Source: Mobula hypostoma
Lineage: Eukaryota
DNA: 64,000 nt
Direction: 5' to 3'
Assembly (NCBI RefSeq): GCF_963921235.1
Contig: NC_086118.1
Span: 15,564,001-15,628,000, forward strand
Shown here: one piece after another, positions 25,900 to 39,384 of the stretch
How positions within the stretch are numbered: the stretch's first letter is position 1
Layout of the letters: each line of letters starts with the position of its first letter
Notes under the pieces: generated by a model
The model's input: the letters and a program-made list of their open reading frames with translations, nothing else
What the model was told of the DNA's origin: nothing
Databases searched by the model: none
Made by a program: the position numbers and the translations under genes

Positions 25900-26400
25900 A
25901 AATCCAGGAGCTAATATTTTGAATCTGAAGCACCATTATGTCTCAAGATGGTAATCTTACATGGATCCAAGATCTCACTTCCCTCACGTGGCAGGAGTAG
26001 AACATAGTAGAAGACCCTAGAGATTCCAGAATCATAAGTATCCACAAAAAAGATGACAATACTGATTACGGTAGTTACAAAGGAATTTCCCTGCTGCTTG
26101 ACCCCAGCAAAAAATATCACAGAATTTTTCCGGAAATTCATCCTACCAATAGCTAACTACCTTATTCTACAGGGAAAACCCAGATTCCAACCATATACCA
26201 GTACAAAAGATACCACACAACAAATTCAACAGCCACAATTCATTATCCTTTAGACTCCACAAAAGCCTTTGGCTCCATCCACTGCAAGGATTTATGGAAA
26301 ACCTTCTCAAATTTTAATGTCCACAAGAATATGAAAATCTATTGCCTTCATGAAAACCACAATCCTCACAAATAAATCTACCAGAAACCCAGGAATTCTA
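25900..26400 (+). mobile_element. Very old RTE (BovB-like) RT remnant
   Basis: LDSTKAFGSIHCKDLWKTFSNF at ~26250-26320 resembles RTE DLTKAFDTV...LWKIL.KFG. Confidence 0.45.
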
Positions 26401-27385
26401 TTAATGTACCAAACCTCAGACTTCCTCATCCCTGTACTTTAAAGGATAGGCAGAAACCTGCAAAATCTCCCCCTTACAGCCAAGTCATCCCACTCTCAGC
26501 CATTAGATGATAGATTCAGTGAGTACATACTTGGATACCAATCACCAAACTATTGCAAACAACTTCATGATGCCTTCACACTGAACATGAAGAAGGCAAC
26601 AGCTCACCTGCTTTATTGCATGAGTTCTATAAAATCATGAACAAACATTGGATATTTGGAAAAACATAATAGATATCACTAAGATATTAAATATTTTGAA
26701 GGAATCCTCACAGTTGAAAACACAAAATTTCAAAAATTCTGATGGGAATGAGGTAGCAGGAAATAAAGGACTGGGTTTGAGGAACTTAATCAATACTAGG
26801 AATGAAAAAAAGGTAAGGAAATAAATAAGGAGTTCTTCACTTGGGTTAAAGAAAAGAATTGAAGTTTTAGCAGAGAGGTCATTCTGGGAATAGCCATTGT
26901 GTGAGTGGATCAATATAAGAATCTCAGGTCTAAAGGTTTGGCGCGAATTGCTTCAGCAAGGAGGCACACGTGCATAACAGGTACGGATTTTTCTTTTAGC
27001 AGTTAACTATAAGGATACCAAATTACAACTAATTAAACAAAATAGAGATGCAGTATCAGGTTATGTGGTGTGATATGGAAGCTGCTGGACCCAATTATTG
27101 TTCATGACTGCATCTGCAGCGGGTGTTGGATGCTCAAGGAGCTCAGGCTCAAAATTGAAGATCCGGAATATGTGATTCAAACACGGCAAAGCAAGGAGAG
27201 AGTTAACTGAACATTCATGTTCAAGAGGCAGTCACACTCATTAAATTAACTACTTCAAATTTGGTCTGCAGCCAAGAACAAGGGGCTGTGACTGTAGGTG
27301 AGGCAGGCAGAGGGATCCAAGAGGTAGTGCTGGAGGAAGCTCAGCCTTTACCTTGCCCAACAGGTCAGAGATTGCTGCTCCCTAT

Positions 27386-27808
27386 GAGACCATAAGACAT
27401 AGCAACAGAATTAGGCCATTCAACCGATCAAGTCCACTCCAACATGGCTGATTTGTTAACCCTCTTACCCACTCTCCTGTTTCTCCCTGTAATCTTTGGT
27501 GCCCTTACTGATCAAGAACCTATAAAACTAATTTGAAAAGAAGTGGTCCCAACTCCAACCCCTGTAGCACACCACTAGTAAATGGCACCCGAACAGAAAA
27601 GGCCCCCTTTATTTCCATTCTTTACTGCCTACCAGTCTGGAACTGTTCTATCCATGCTAGTATCTTTCCTGTAATAGAATGGGCTCTTATCTTGCTTAGC
27701 AGCTTCATGCATGGCACCTTGCCCAAGGTCTTCTGAAAATCCAAGTAAACAACATCCACTGACTCTCCTTTGTCCTTCCTGCCTGTTACTTCCTTAAAGA
27801 ATTCCAGC
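27386..27808 (-). mobile_element. CR1 fragment, antisense
   Basis: ORF 27622-27810 EFFKEVTGRKDKGESVDVVYLDFQK. CR1 tail at ~27390. Confidence 0.75.
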
Positions 27809-29634
27809 AATCCTCAATTGTGAGGATGAGAGTGTTGACTAAAGGAAGGATGAGCAACCAAACTGTGGCACTGTGGTTCAAAGAGCTATTTAAGAAGGGG
27901 AGGGAAAAGAGATGAAGTAGTAACTGGGGTTTGTATAGTCAGGGAAATAGACACAATTCTCTGTTGCAAAGATGTCAGCCTGCAGCCTGGGTATGGGTGA
28001 TCTCACTGAACTACAGAGGAGTTTTGAGCAGCAAGGGAAAGTTCCAGTTGTCCTGGTCAATGTGGGTAATGACGACATAGTAGGAAAAGGCTTCTGCTGA
28101 GGGAATCTGAGCATCTAGGGATTAAATTAAAATACGGAATCAAGAAGGAAATAATCTCTGAATAGTTACCTAAGTCACATGCAAATTGTCATGGGGTCAA
28201 TAAGTTTCAAGAGCTGAATTCATGGCTCAGAAACTGGTGTGGGGAAAATGGGTTTGAACTCATGAGGCATTGGCAGTACTATTGGGGAAGGAGGAAGCTG
28301 TTCTGATGGAATGGGCTCCAACTAAATCATGCTGTGACCAGGGTCCAGCAAATCACATAAATAAGACTATGGATGGAGTCTAAGCTAAATAGCAGGGGAT
28401 AGGTTCAACAGCTTGGAAAAGCAAAGATAAAGTAAAAGGGAAGGAGAGTGCATGAGAGATTTCAAAAGTCTCCAGAATAAAAAGTAAGACAAAAATTTTA
28501 GAAACAGTTAAGAATTTAACTTCAGGCAACATTGGGGTCAAAATTGAAAATAAGTATGGTGAATACTGAACTGAAGGTGTTATATTTGAATATAAGTAGC
28601 ATACAGAATAAGCTAGATGACCTTGTATCACAATTAGAAATTGGCAGCTAATGAAGTTGTGCGCATTACAGTCATCAGTATAAGAATATTACAGCAGGGG
28701 GCTTAACATCCAAAGACACACAAGGTATCAAAAGTACCAGCTGATTTTCAGAGATGGGGAAGCTTTGCTGGCAAAAAAAGTAATAAAATCTTTAGAAAGA
28801 AGTGACATAGGATCAGAAGATGCAGAATCCTTATGGGTAAAGTTAAGAAACTGCAAGTTTAAAAAGATGCTGATGGGAGTTATATATAGGCCTCCAAACA
28901 GTAGTCAGCATGTGGGGTACAAATTACAACAGGAGATAGAAAACAGTGTAAAAAGGACAATGTGATGATCGTCATGGGGGAATTTCAATATGCAGCTACA
29001 TTTTGAAAATCAAGTTGGTGGTGGATCCCAAGAGAGGGAATTTGTACAATGTCTATGAGATGGCTTTTTAGAGTAGTGTGTGGTTGAGCCCACGAGGGAA
29101 AAGGCAATGCTGAACTGGGTGTTGTGCATTGAAGCAGATTTCATTCGGGAACTTAAGGTAAAGGATCCTTTAGGAGGCAGTGATTATAAAATGATAGAAT
29201 TCACCCTGCTGTTTGAGAGGAAGAAGATGAGATCAAACACATCAGTTTTACAAAGGTGTTGCAGTAATTACAGAGGCATGAGAGGTACTGACCAAAGTTG
29301 ATTGGAAGAGGACGCTAGTAAAACAACAATGGCTGGCATTTCAGGGAGTAATTAATAAAATGTAGGATTGCATCATCCCAAAGTAGAAGCATTCTAAAGA
29401 GAGAATAAGGTAACCACTGCTGACAAAGAAGTCAATGGTAACATAAACGCAGAAGGGAAGGCATATAAAAAAATTTAGTGGGAAGCTTGAGAATTGGGCA
29501 CTTTAAAAAAAGCAACAGAAGGCACCAAAAAAACCAAGAAGAAACAATGAAATATGAAAGTAAACTAGCCAATAATATAAAAGAGAAATTCATATACACT
29601 ACATCTACTGCTCTACCTTCATCAATGTGTTTAG

Positions 29635-30489
29635 TCTACTACTATGATATCGACTCAGGCCTAGGGGGCCGGTGTCGGGCACGACGAGAGACTCTCCACT
29701 TCTCCCTCTCCCTCATCAGTGTGTTCAGTTCATCTACACTAGCCGCGCTGCTGTCTTCAAGGAGTGAGTTGACCATAGTCTTGGGAGTGCATCCAGGGTT
29801 CATCCTCCCAAGCCTGGGCTCCCATATGATGACTAGGCTGGCAGGTAGCTCAGGGTGGCGTAGACAGTGCCCTACTAGTTACAGTCTTCTTGCCTCGATT
29901 TTAGTGGTGAGCATCAGTAGGTCGTTATAGAACTCGACATTCGTTATGTGCTGTTGCCAACTCACGTCAAGAGCCATCCGGAGCATTCGTGTATAGCAAC
30001 CATCTAGAGACTTTCGCATAGTCTTGGTGAGTGTCCACGTCTCGCATCCGTACGTGAGAATGGACTCTATGACTGCTATGAAAATCCTCTTTTTAAGCCC
30101 TCTGGTCAGGTTCGACTTCCAGATTTCCTTCATGTCGTTCATAGCCGTCCACGCCAGCACCTTCCATATCTTTATGTCCTTCTCCAAACTCATCATTCTT
30201 GACCCGAGGTACTTGTAGTCAAAGACTTTCTTAATGGTATCATTCTTTACTGTCTTGAGAACACCTTCATTGCAGTTAAACACCATGTACTTTGTCTTTT
30301 TAGCGTTTAGGTGAAGTCCAACTTTATTGCACTCAATTTCCACTTTTGCCAGTAGCTGCTGTGCTTCCTCCATCTGGTCAGAGATCAGGACTATGTCATC
30401 TGCAAAATCGAGATCTGTGAGCGTAACTGGTCTGACTCCTTTGGTTTGTTCTGGTTTTATGGTAAAACCAAGCTTGTCATGATCTTTGG
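29635..30489 (-). mobile_element. RTE-clade LINE 3' fragment, young
   Basis: TDLDFADDIVLISD...GLHLNAKKTKYM...DYKYLGS...IESILTYGCETWTLT...GHCLRH. Short (TAG)n tail. Confidence 0.85.
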
Positions 30490-30840
30490 TGTGTTTAGTC
30501 ACATCCTCAAAAAATTCAATCAGGCTCGTAAGGCCCGACCTGCCTTTGACAAAGCCATGCTGACTATTCCTAATCATATTATGCCTCTCCAAATGTTCAC
30601 AAATCCTGCCTCTCAGGATCTTCTCCATCAACTTACCAACCACTGATGTAAGGCTCAATGGTCTATAATTTCCTGGGCTGTCTCTACTCCCTTTCTTGAA
30701 TAAGGGAACAACATCCGCAACCCTCCAATCCTCCAGAACCTCTCTCGCCCCACTGATGATCCAAAGATCATTGCCAGAGGCTCAGCAATCTCTTCCCTCG
30801 CCTCCCACAGTAACTTGGGGTACATTTCGTCCAGTCCCTT
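30490..30840 (-). mobile_element. CR1 RT N-terminal fragment
   Basis: GLDEMYPKLLWEAREEIAEPL and SLTSVVGKLMEKILR...SQHGFVKGRSGLTSLIEFFEDVTKH. Confidence 0.85.
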
Positions 30841-32239
30841 TGCTAGAAGGAAGAAAGGCAAAGATTATTTTGAAAATGGGCATTGGATTCAGAAATCAGA
30901 GGTGTAAAGGGACTTGCGAACCCTAGTGCTGGATCCCCTCGAAATTAAGTTGCAGGTTGAGTCAATAGTAAGGAAGGCAAATTCAATGTTAGCATTCATT
31001 TTGGGAAGATTATAGGTTAAAAGCAAGGATGTAATGCTGAGGCATTATAGTGGATTGGTCAGACCACATTTGGTGTACTCTGAGCAGTTTTGGGTCTCAT
31101 TTCAAAGAATGGATATGCTGGCACTAGAGAGGACCCAGAGGATGCTTATGAGAATGATCCAAGAATGAAAGCATTAACATATGCAGACTGTTTGGTTCTC
31201 CTTGGCCTGAACTCACTGGAGTTTGGAAGGATGAAGTGGGGATCTCACTGAATGTTGAACGGCTTAGACAGAGTGGATATGGAGAGGATGTTTCCATTAT
31301 TGGGGGAGTTTAGAACTAGAGTGCACAGCCTTTGAATAGAAGGATGTCTCTTGAGAATGAGATGAGAAGGAATTTCTTCAGCCAGAGGACACCGAATCTA
31401 TGGAATTCATTGGCAACTATGGAAGACAAGTCATGATCAGCCATGATGGACTGGTGGAGCAGAAAGGCTTAAATCTGCTCTTATATCTTGTGGTCTTATA
31501 AAGAGCCCAGCAGGTTTGGATCTACATTCCAAAATTGGTAGATGTTGGTGCAGAATGCTTGGAGACTGCTATGGTACTCTTCAAAGACTCCAGATTCTGA
31601 AATATTCTCCTTAGATTTGGAAGTTCTTAAATTAAATTTAAAGAAGAAGAGGGAAAATTAAGGTCTAAGTACCATTTAAAGCAACACCAAATGTCAAGGA
31701 AATGCTAGAACCGGTTATTAAGAAAGTGGAATAGGTTTCATGGAGTTGATGCAATAAATTAGCAGACATAAAGGATTGGTTAAAGACCAGAAACTAGAAC
31801 AGAAATAAACCAGAACTTTTCTGTTTACGTTGTTGTTACCTTTGGGTAGGGGTCAGTGGTGGACCTTATCTACAGAAATGGCTATCATGAAAGGTCAGAG
31901 AATTATTTAGCTATGTTTGCTGAAGATATTAAAGTTGATGGAAAAGAAACCTGGAGCAGACTCAATGCAGAGTTTACAGAAGGATTTAGGAAGATGAGTG
32001 AGAAAGAAGATAACACATGGAATCTAATGTGGAAGATGAGGAATAATTCATTTTGAATGACAAGTAACAAAACAGATTTTTTACGTCAATGAAAATCAGT
32101 AAGCATTACTATTGCATGAGATCTGGAAAGCAAAACACAAACCACAGAAAAAAATATGGGTACATCCAGCAGTCATGAGGGGAAATGGTATGTTGGCTTT
32201 TGCTGCCAGGATTTAGTGTACTAGAGGACAGAACATTTG

Positions 32240-35200
32240 GTAGTCTTTCTAGTCTTATTTTAAGGGATGATTTTAAGGCTTATATTAGAGGACAAATTAT
32301 TTCTTTTACCGCAAGTGTTAAGAAAAAAGCTAATAAGGAGAGAATTGAATTAGCCAATCAGTTGAAACAATTAGACCAAAAATATGCTTTGGCTCCAGAT
32401 CCTGCTTTATATAAAAGATGTGTTGAAATTAAAACTAAATACAATCTGCTTTTAACTTATCCAATTGAAACTCAACTTTTAAAAGATAAAAGTCAGTTTT
32501 ATGTTCATGGAGATAAAATGGGTAAACTATTGGCTAATCAATTAAAGACCTTTATAGTTAAACGCAAAATTAAAGAAATTTGTAAAGCTAATGCTAATAA
32601 AACATCTGATCATTTAGAAATAAACGATACTTTTAGAGAATTCTATTCTAAACTGACCCTCCAAAAGATAATACTGTAATGAATAATTTCTTTGATTGAT
32701 TAAACATTCCTACACTTTCTGATGATAATCAAAAATTGCTGGATCAACCCACTTCTTATGAGGAAGTTGCCGAGGTTGTTCACACTTTGCACTCGGGGAA
32801 GGCTCCGGGTCCTGATGGATTTTCTGGAGAGCTTTATAAGGCTTTTACCTCTTTGCTTATACCTCACTTATATTCAGTCCTTTCGGACTCTTTTAGATTA
32901 GGTAGGTTGCCACAATCTTTTTATGAAGCTCTATTTCGCTTATTCTTAAAAAGAATAAGGATCCAACTGAATGTTCTTCTTGTACTTACTTAATGTTGGT
33001 ACTAAAATTTTATGTAAACTTTTGGCACGCAGGATTGAAAATATTTTGCCATCTATTATTTCTGATGATTGGATTGGATTTATCAAAAATCAATACTCCC
33101 ACTTTAATATTCATTGTTTATTGAATGTCATTTACTCTCCTTCTAAAGAGATATTGGAATATGTGATATCCTTAGGTGCTTAGAAAGCCTTTGATCGAGT
33201 TGAATGGAATTATTTATTTCAAACTTCAGAAAAATTTAACTTTGGGCCCGATTTTATTCAATGGATTAAATTACTTTATTTATCTCCCTCCACTCAGGTT
33301 CTTACTAACTCTCAGAATTCTAAACCATTTAAACTTCAATGTGGAACCAGATAAGGTTGTCCTTTGAGTCCTTTGCTTTTTGATTTGGTCCTAGAACCTT
33401 TAGCTATTGCTTTCCAGAAATCTAATGATATCACTGGTATCTAAAGGAGGGGTATTATTCACAAAGTGTCGCTTTATGCTGATGACCTTTTGCTCTACAT
33501 TTCTTTACCTTCTGTACTTTCTTTACTCTCCTGCTTTAGTCAGTTTTCAGGATATAAACCTAACTTTCACAAGAGTGAACTTTTTCCTTTGAATAATTTG
33601 GTATTATTTAATACTAACCTTCCTTTTAAAATTGTAAGAAATCAATTTACTTATTTAGGCATAACAATTACTAGGAATTATAAATTCCTTTTTAAAGAAT
33701 TTTTTTTACACTCCTGAATTATGTTAAGAAGGCACTATCAAATTTGTCACCCCTCTCTTTATTGTTGATTGGCCAAATTAATTCTATTAAAATGAATATT
33801 TTGCCTAAATTTTTATATTTATTTCAGGCCGTACCTGTTTTTATTCCTAAATCCTTTTTTGATTCTCTGGATTCTATTATATCTTTTTATATATGGAAAA
33901 ATAAAATTTCTCTATTAAATAAAGTTCATGTCAAGTTGGATTTATTTTTCTTCTTTGTACATGTGCAGCTTCCCCACTTGAAAGAGATTTAATGCATCTA
34001 CACAAAGGTTTTTCAACTGGATTCCATTCAATGACCAAACAACTTTTCCTTTTTCCTCCTTTCATTTTTTGCAAGTGTGACAGTTTGATAGTTCCATCAA
34101 CCATTATCCATTAGCCACTGTCACTAGTCACCAGTCACTGGTCATTAGACACTAGTCATTAGTCATTAGTGAAAAAACTGGCTGCCTCTCCGGACCTTGT
34201 AGACAGATTCAACCTGCACAATTTCCGCTCCCTAGTAGACCATTATGTTTTCAACCTGGACGACCCCTTCCGAAGGTTCGTAAGCTCTTCTTAAACCTCG
34301 CGCCATTTCCCAGAAGCACCTGCGTGCGATGATCCCCGTGATGTGAAGCTCGCGCTAACCCAAAACACAGTAACAGCAGTGCTCTTTTCCATGAAACAGT
34401 CTCTCAAGTTACTTGAAGTTCAGCATCTTACCACAGGTTCCAACACTGCTCCTGGACTGCCGCTGTGATGCTGCGGGGTCCCCCCAAATGTTCTGGGCAG
34501 AAGCAGAACTCAGGCAGTGGGTTCCATCTGGTCTATCAGTGGATTCTTGCTATTACTTTTAAATTTTATTTTCTTTTGCCTCTAGGTCCCAATACTTTCT
34601 AGAAACTCTAGTTTAATTTGACAGTTCATCTTCAAAAAGCTAAAAAGAATGGAGGCTTAGACTTACCCAATTTTAGGTTTTATTACTGGGCAGTCAATAT
34701 ATGGAATCTTATGCTTTGGTTATATTATATTAATCAGGAGGACTGTCCCGTCTGGGTTTCTTTAGAAGCTAATTCTGTTAATAAATTTTCTATCATTTCT
34801 CTTCTCAGATCCTCAATTCCTTCATCTTTAAGTAATTTAACTAATAATTTTGTAGTTAAACACACCTTGAGGATTTGGGTACAATTTAGAAAATATTTTG
34901 GTTTATTGAGTTTTTCACTTTCAAGTCCCATTTTTTCTAACTATTTTTTAAACCTTCTATGACTGATGTAGTTTTTAAAAGTGTGGCATAGATTGGGTAT
35001 TAAACGTTTTCAGGATTTGTTTGTTGGAGATAGTCTATCTTCACTTGAACAATTGTCAGCCTACCCAAAACTCACTTTTCTCGATATTTACAAATTAGAG
35101 ACTTTTTGTGGTCTCAAGTACATATGTTTTCTAAAAGTCCAGATAAGAATTTACTAGACACAATTTTTAATTTGAAACCCTTCCATAATGGATCTATATC

Positions 35201-36110
35201 TAATATTTATGGTGTGTTGCTGAGAATGAGAAATATTCCTTCAGACAAAATTAAAAATCTCTGGGAGCAAGATTAACAGATTCCAATTTCTGAGGATACT
35301 TGGAATGAAAATTATAAATTGGTCAATACCTCATCGTTATGTGCCCGTCATTCCCTTCTACAATTTAAAGTTGTTCATAGGGCCCACATGACTAAAGATA
35401 AGCTCTCTCATTTTTATTCGGATATATCTCCCCATTGTGATAGGTGGAACGATGGAGAAGCTTCACTAATTCATATGTTCCGGACTTGTCCAAGTCTTGA
35501 AAGTTATTGGAAGGAAGTATTCCAAACTTTTTCGGTGCTTTTTAAAGTAAATTTTAAACCTAATCCTTCCACTGCCTTATTTGGTATTGTTGGAGGAAAT
35601 GTTATTATTTTGGAGTGGCATGATTTGCATATCTTGGCCTTTATTTCTCTTATAGCCATTGTTGCTTAAGTGGAAGGATGCTCCTCTGCCTACTCATACT
35701 CATTGGTTAAATGATGTTATGTCATGCTTAAATTTAGAGAAGATTCACTGTTCAATTTCTGAACCCAGACAGGATTTTTAACATTGTGGGGACCTTTTTT
35801 GAATTATTTACAAAATCTTTGATTTGCTATTAAGCACAGATGTTGGCTAACAGTATGTTTCATTATATGATAAGGATTTTTTTCCCTTTTTTTTAACCAA
35901 ACAGCTGTTTTTTTCCTGGTAGTGGGTTTAGATCTTTTTTGTATAATAAAATTATCTCTTTTCAATATTATGTTTACACTTAACGTATATGGATATGGGG
36001 TACTGAGACTATATTTGTGATTCCAATATATTGTAATCAATATATATTATATACCCTACTATACTCTGTATTCTGTTATGTAAGAAGTCAATAAAAACAT
36101 TGAAAAAGAA
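32240..36110 (+). mobile_element. L1-clade LINE, 5'-truncated, decayed
   Basis: FKAYIRGQIISF, SGKAPGPDGF, KILCKLLARRIENILPSII, KAFDRVEW, GCPLSPLLF, SLYADDLLLYI, LPKFLYLFQ, GGLDLPN and C-terminal HCDR..LIHMFRTC knuckle. AATAAA and A-rich tail. 10-bp TSD AGAACATTTG at 32230-32239 and 36111-36120. Confidence 0.9.
33929..34623 (-). mobile_element. Solo LTR (695 bp) inserted in L1
   Basis: TG...CA ends with inverted termini TGTCAAGTT / AATTTGACA. 5-bp TSD GTTCA (33924-33928, 34624-34628). The L1 frame is contiguous across it. AATAAA lies on the minus strand near 33941. Confidence 0.85.
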
Positions 36111-36839
36111 AGAACATTTGCTGTAATTTTGAACACACCTGGAATAATGCCATATGCACCTAGAAGACAGAGATAAGCATTAAAGAGACTGAGGAGGATA
36201 GACTCATTTTATTGAAGTTCATAAGAATCGTCACTGAAATATAACATACTCAGAGGATTTGCCATGCTAAATAATGAGAGAATGATTTTTCCTGTGTGTA
36301 AGGTCTGTAGTTGAAGAGTACGTTTTCAAGATAAGGGCTTGGCCAATTATGACTGAGGTGTTAAGAATTTTCTTTACTCAGATATTTGTGACTCCTTTCT
36401 TAGACTCTACCTCAATGGGCAATACATGCTTTGTCACTGAGTATTTAAAAGGGAGATATTGGTAGATTTTGGTGAGAAAGGAATATGGAAATTTGACAAG
36501 AAATTTGCTCCAGGATAGAAGATTAGCCATGATATAACTTAACCTCAGAACAGACAAAAGAAAATCGATGGCCTCTTCATATTGCACTGTTAAGTGTTCT
36601 TTCATCGAACTACTTTGTCTGCAAACAACAGAAATGCAACAAGATGATAAAGTACCTATCATCATTCTAGCCACTAGATATATTGATTTTAAAAGCAGAT
36701 ACTGATCAATCAATTCTCTAAAGACCTTTTCTCAAACATCTATCTAAATTGGGAGGGTAACTCATAGCCGGTAAAATGGCGTTAATAAGTCACAGCAGTT
36801 TGTGTGTAGCTCCAATAGGAATCATCAAATATTCCAATT

Positions 36840-38765
36840 TAGGACTACTACCACAGAGATCTACAGTCACAGACATGGATACTTTAGTAAGCAGCATCAT
36901 TTTGAGATGCTTAAAAATATTGATACTCAAAATCAACGAATCTTGGACAGCAAATTTCCTTTAAGAAAATGGAAGCAGGGACACCATAGTGGTCTAGAGC
37001 TACAAATGAAACACAGGCCTTAGACTCCCACTCCCAACAATCCTGTTGGTGAATGTACCCGCCACTGAAAAATAAAATTGAAGACCCCAGAGCAAGATTG
37101 TTGTATAAAAGGGACATCAGGGACTGCTGTATATTTTGCTTCATGAAAACATGGCTCTCCCCTGCCATTTTGAATGCAGTGCTGCAGCCCGTTTGCTTCA
37201 CCATTCCCTTCAAAGACAAGACATCTCAATCACTTGAAGGCAGAGGAAGTGGAGTATGATTTATGATTACGGTTTATATCTAAGTTCTGCTCACCCAGCA
37301 TGGAACATCTAGCGGTCAAATGTCATCCATTTTATCTGCTGAGGGAGTTTTTCTGGGAGCTATGGTCCACCTCTGGTCAACATTAGTCAGGCACTGGAGG
37401 AGCAGAGCAATGTTATCAACAGCAATGAATCTGAACACACTGATGCCTTACCTATCATTGTGGGTAATTTCATCCAGGACAGCTTGAAGAAGTCTCTGAA
37501 CAACTACCACCAACATATCACCTGTGGAATTAGAAGAGCCAATAGATTAGACCATTGTTACAATACCATCAGGAATGCTTACCATGCCATCTCACACCCA
37601 CTATTTCAAAAGACAGGACTGCTCTAACTTGGTGGACCCTACAATATTCAGGGATTCATCTTCAAGTCCGAATGACAGCACCACATTTACCATCAACTTC
37701 ATTAAGACCTGTGTGAATGATTGTGTCTTTGAGAACATACCATACACAAACCAAAAACTGCAGATGAACCAAGAAATTTGCAGTTTGCTGAGGGCTAGAT
37801 CTGTAGCATTCAAGACCAGTGGTCCAGAATTATACAAGAAGTACACCACTTCTTTTTTTCCAGTCGCATAGAGTGGCCCCTCCATAACAGACAGTAGTGC
37901 AACCAGTTTATTGACCACAGGAGGAGGAAACAAGAGATCCTCATTGGTGGATCAGAAGTGGAGAGAGTCAGCAACCTTAAATTCCACAGCGTTATCATTT
38001 AAAAGTATCTGTCCTGTAAGTGTCATTACTAAAGAAAGCATGGCAGCACCTCTACTTTCTTATGTGAAGATTTGGCATATCATCTAAAACATTGACAAAC
38101 TTCCATAGATATGTGATGGAAAGTATCCTGACTGGTCGCATTATGGCCTGGTGTGGATACGCTATTTTAAGGGTAGGAAAACAATTCCAACTGAGGTTAG
38201 GGAATTGGATGTATGTCAACTTTGGCAGGTTTTGCAGGACATCACTTTCGACAAAGCAAAACCGAACATTCATGAATGGCTGTGATGCTTCACTCCCAGA
38301 TGAGCCCAATGCCTTTTTTATGCATGCTTTGAAAGGGAGAATAAAACTACACCCGTGCAAATCCCTGCAGCATCTGGCAACACCGTGATCTCTGTCTTGC
38401 AGGCCAATGTCAGAACATCTTTCAAGAGGGTTAACCCTTGCAAGGTGTCAAGCTCTGATGGTGTACCTAGTAGGGCTATGAAAACCTGGACCAACCAACT
38501 GGTGGAAGTGTTTCCAAGGACAACTTCAATCTCACTGCTACATTCAGACATTCCCACCTGCTTCAAAAGGATGACAGTTGTACCAGTGCCCAGAAAGAGC
38601 AGGGTGATCTGCCTTAACGATTTTTGTCTAGTTGCACTCACATCGACAGTGATGAAGTGCTTTAAGAGGTTTGTTACGGCTAAAAACAACTCTGGCCTAA
38701 GCAAGGAACTGGACCTGCTGCAATTTGCTGATCGCCACAATAGGTTTAAAGCAGGTGCAATCTCA
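36840..38765 (+). mobile_element. Decayed, rearranged Rex1/Babar LINE (endonuclease and RT pieces)
   Basis: DCCIFCFMKTWL, NRLDHCYNTI, FKRVNPCKVSSSDGVP, PVPRKSRVICLNDFCLVALTSTVMKCFKRF, DLLQFA. Confidence 0.7.
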
Positions 38766-39384
38766 CAGGACATATACACCTGGAAGACAAATACAAGGAA
38801 ACTGCATTTACATGCGCAGTGAACATAGCCAAATCTTTAGACCCAACAATATCTCAATAGTAAAGCTAAAGACATGATCATAATGAATGGCAACACGATG
38901 TCAGTAGCTACAGCTTTGAGATCCATTCAAACATCAAGCACAAGGGATCCAATCTGTATTTGCCAAATACTACTCAATTAGATTCCTATCAACCATCAGC
39001 AAAATGCTGGGAAGTGCCATGGTCTGTTCTTTCCTGTTCATAGATACTCAATCTGGATTTCACTGGGTCCACTTTGTACTATACAATATTAATAAATATC
39101 TGCCGAGAAATTTAGAATTTGCATCAAAATTAAAGTTTCAGTTAAATATTAGACATGATTTTCCCATAGTTTAAAAAATCTTTACAATAGAACTGCTCAC
39201 TGGATTTCTGAATTTTAGACAGTTTGTCCCTATCAAGAAAGCACTACCAATTTAGCAGAGACTTATTATAGAGGTTCACTGAGAGAAGAATTTAAACACT
39301 GGACTTATCATGTGTCACTTGTGTATGTTCATCTTATATGGACACACAGGAATGATGAATAAATGAATGGTAAAGAATTCCAAA

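Larger units (their letters stand above)
26760..31500 (+). mobile_element. Near full-length decayed CR1 with ORF1 (zinc-finger/coiled coil + SGNH esterase-like) and ORF2, internally deleted and interrupted
   Basis: ORF1 remnants: IC..CWMLKELRLKI (~27110), PVVLVNVGNDDI (~28045), NWCGENGFELMRHW, NGLQLN. ORF2 starts LKVLYLNISSIQNKLDDL (~28570) with GVIYRPPNS and EPTREKAMLNWVL. The 3' part resumes at ~30850. Confidence 0.75.
31500..36600 (+). mobile_element. Very old CR1 split by the L1 insertion (31500-32239 and 36111-36600)
   Basis: MFAEDIKV (FADD motif remnant), GMLAFAARI before the L1 and HLE/FF..RV-type motifs after it. Confidence 0.5.

Noticed and set aside
1..39300. A second host protein-coding gene or upstream myosin paralogue
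   Set aside because: The longer ORFs I could assign are all transposon-derived and I recognised no myosin-like exons. Small isolated exons cannot be excluded by eye.
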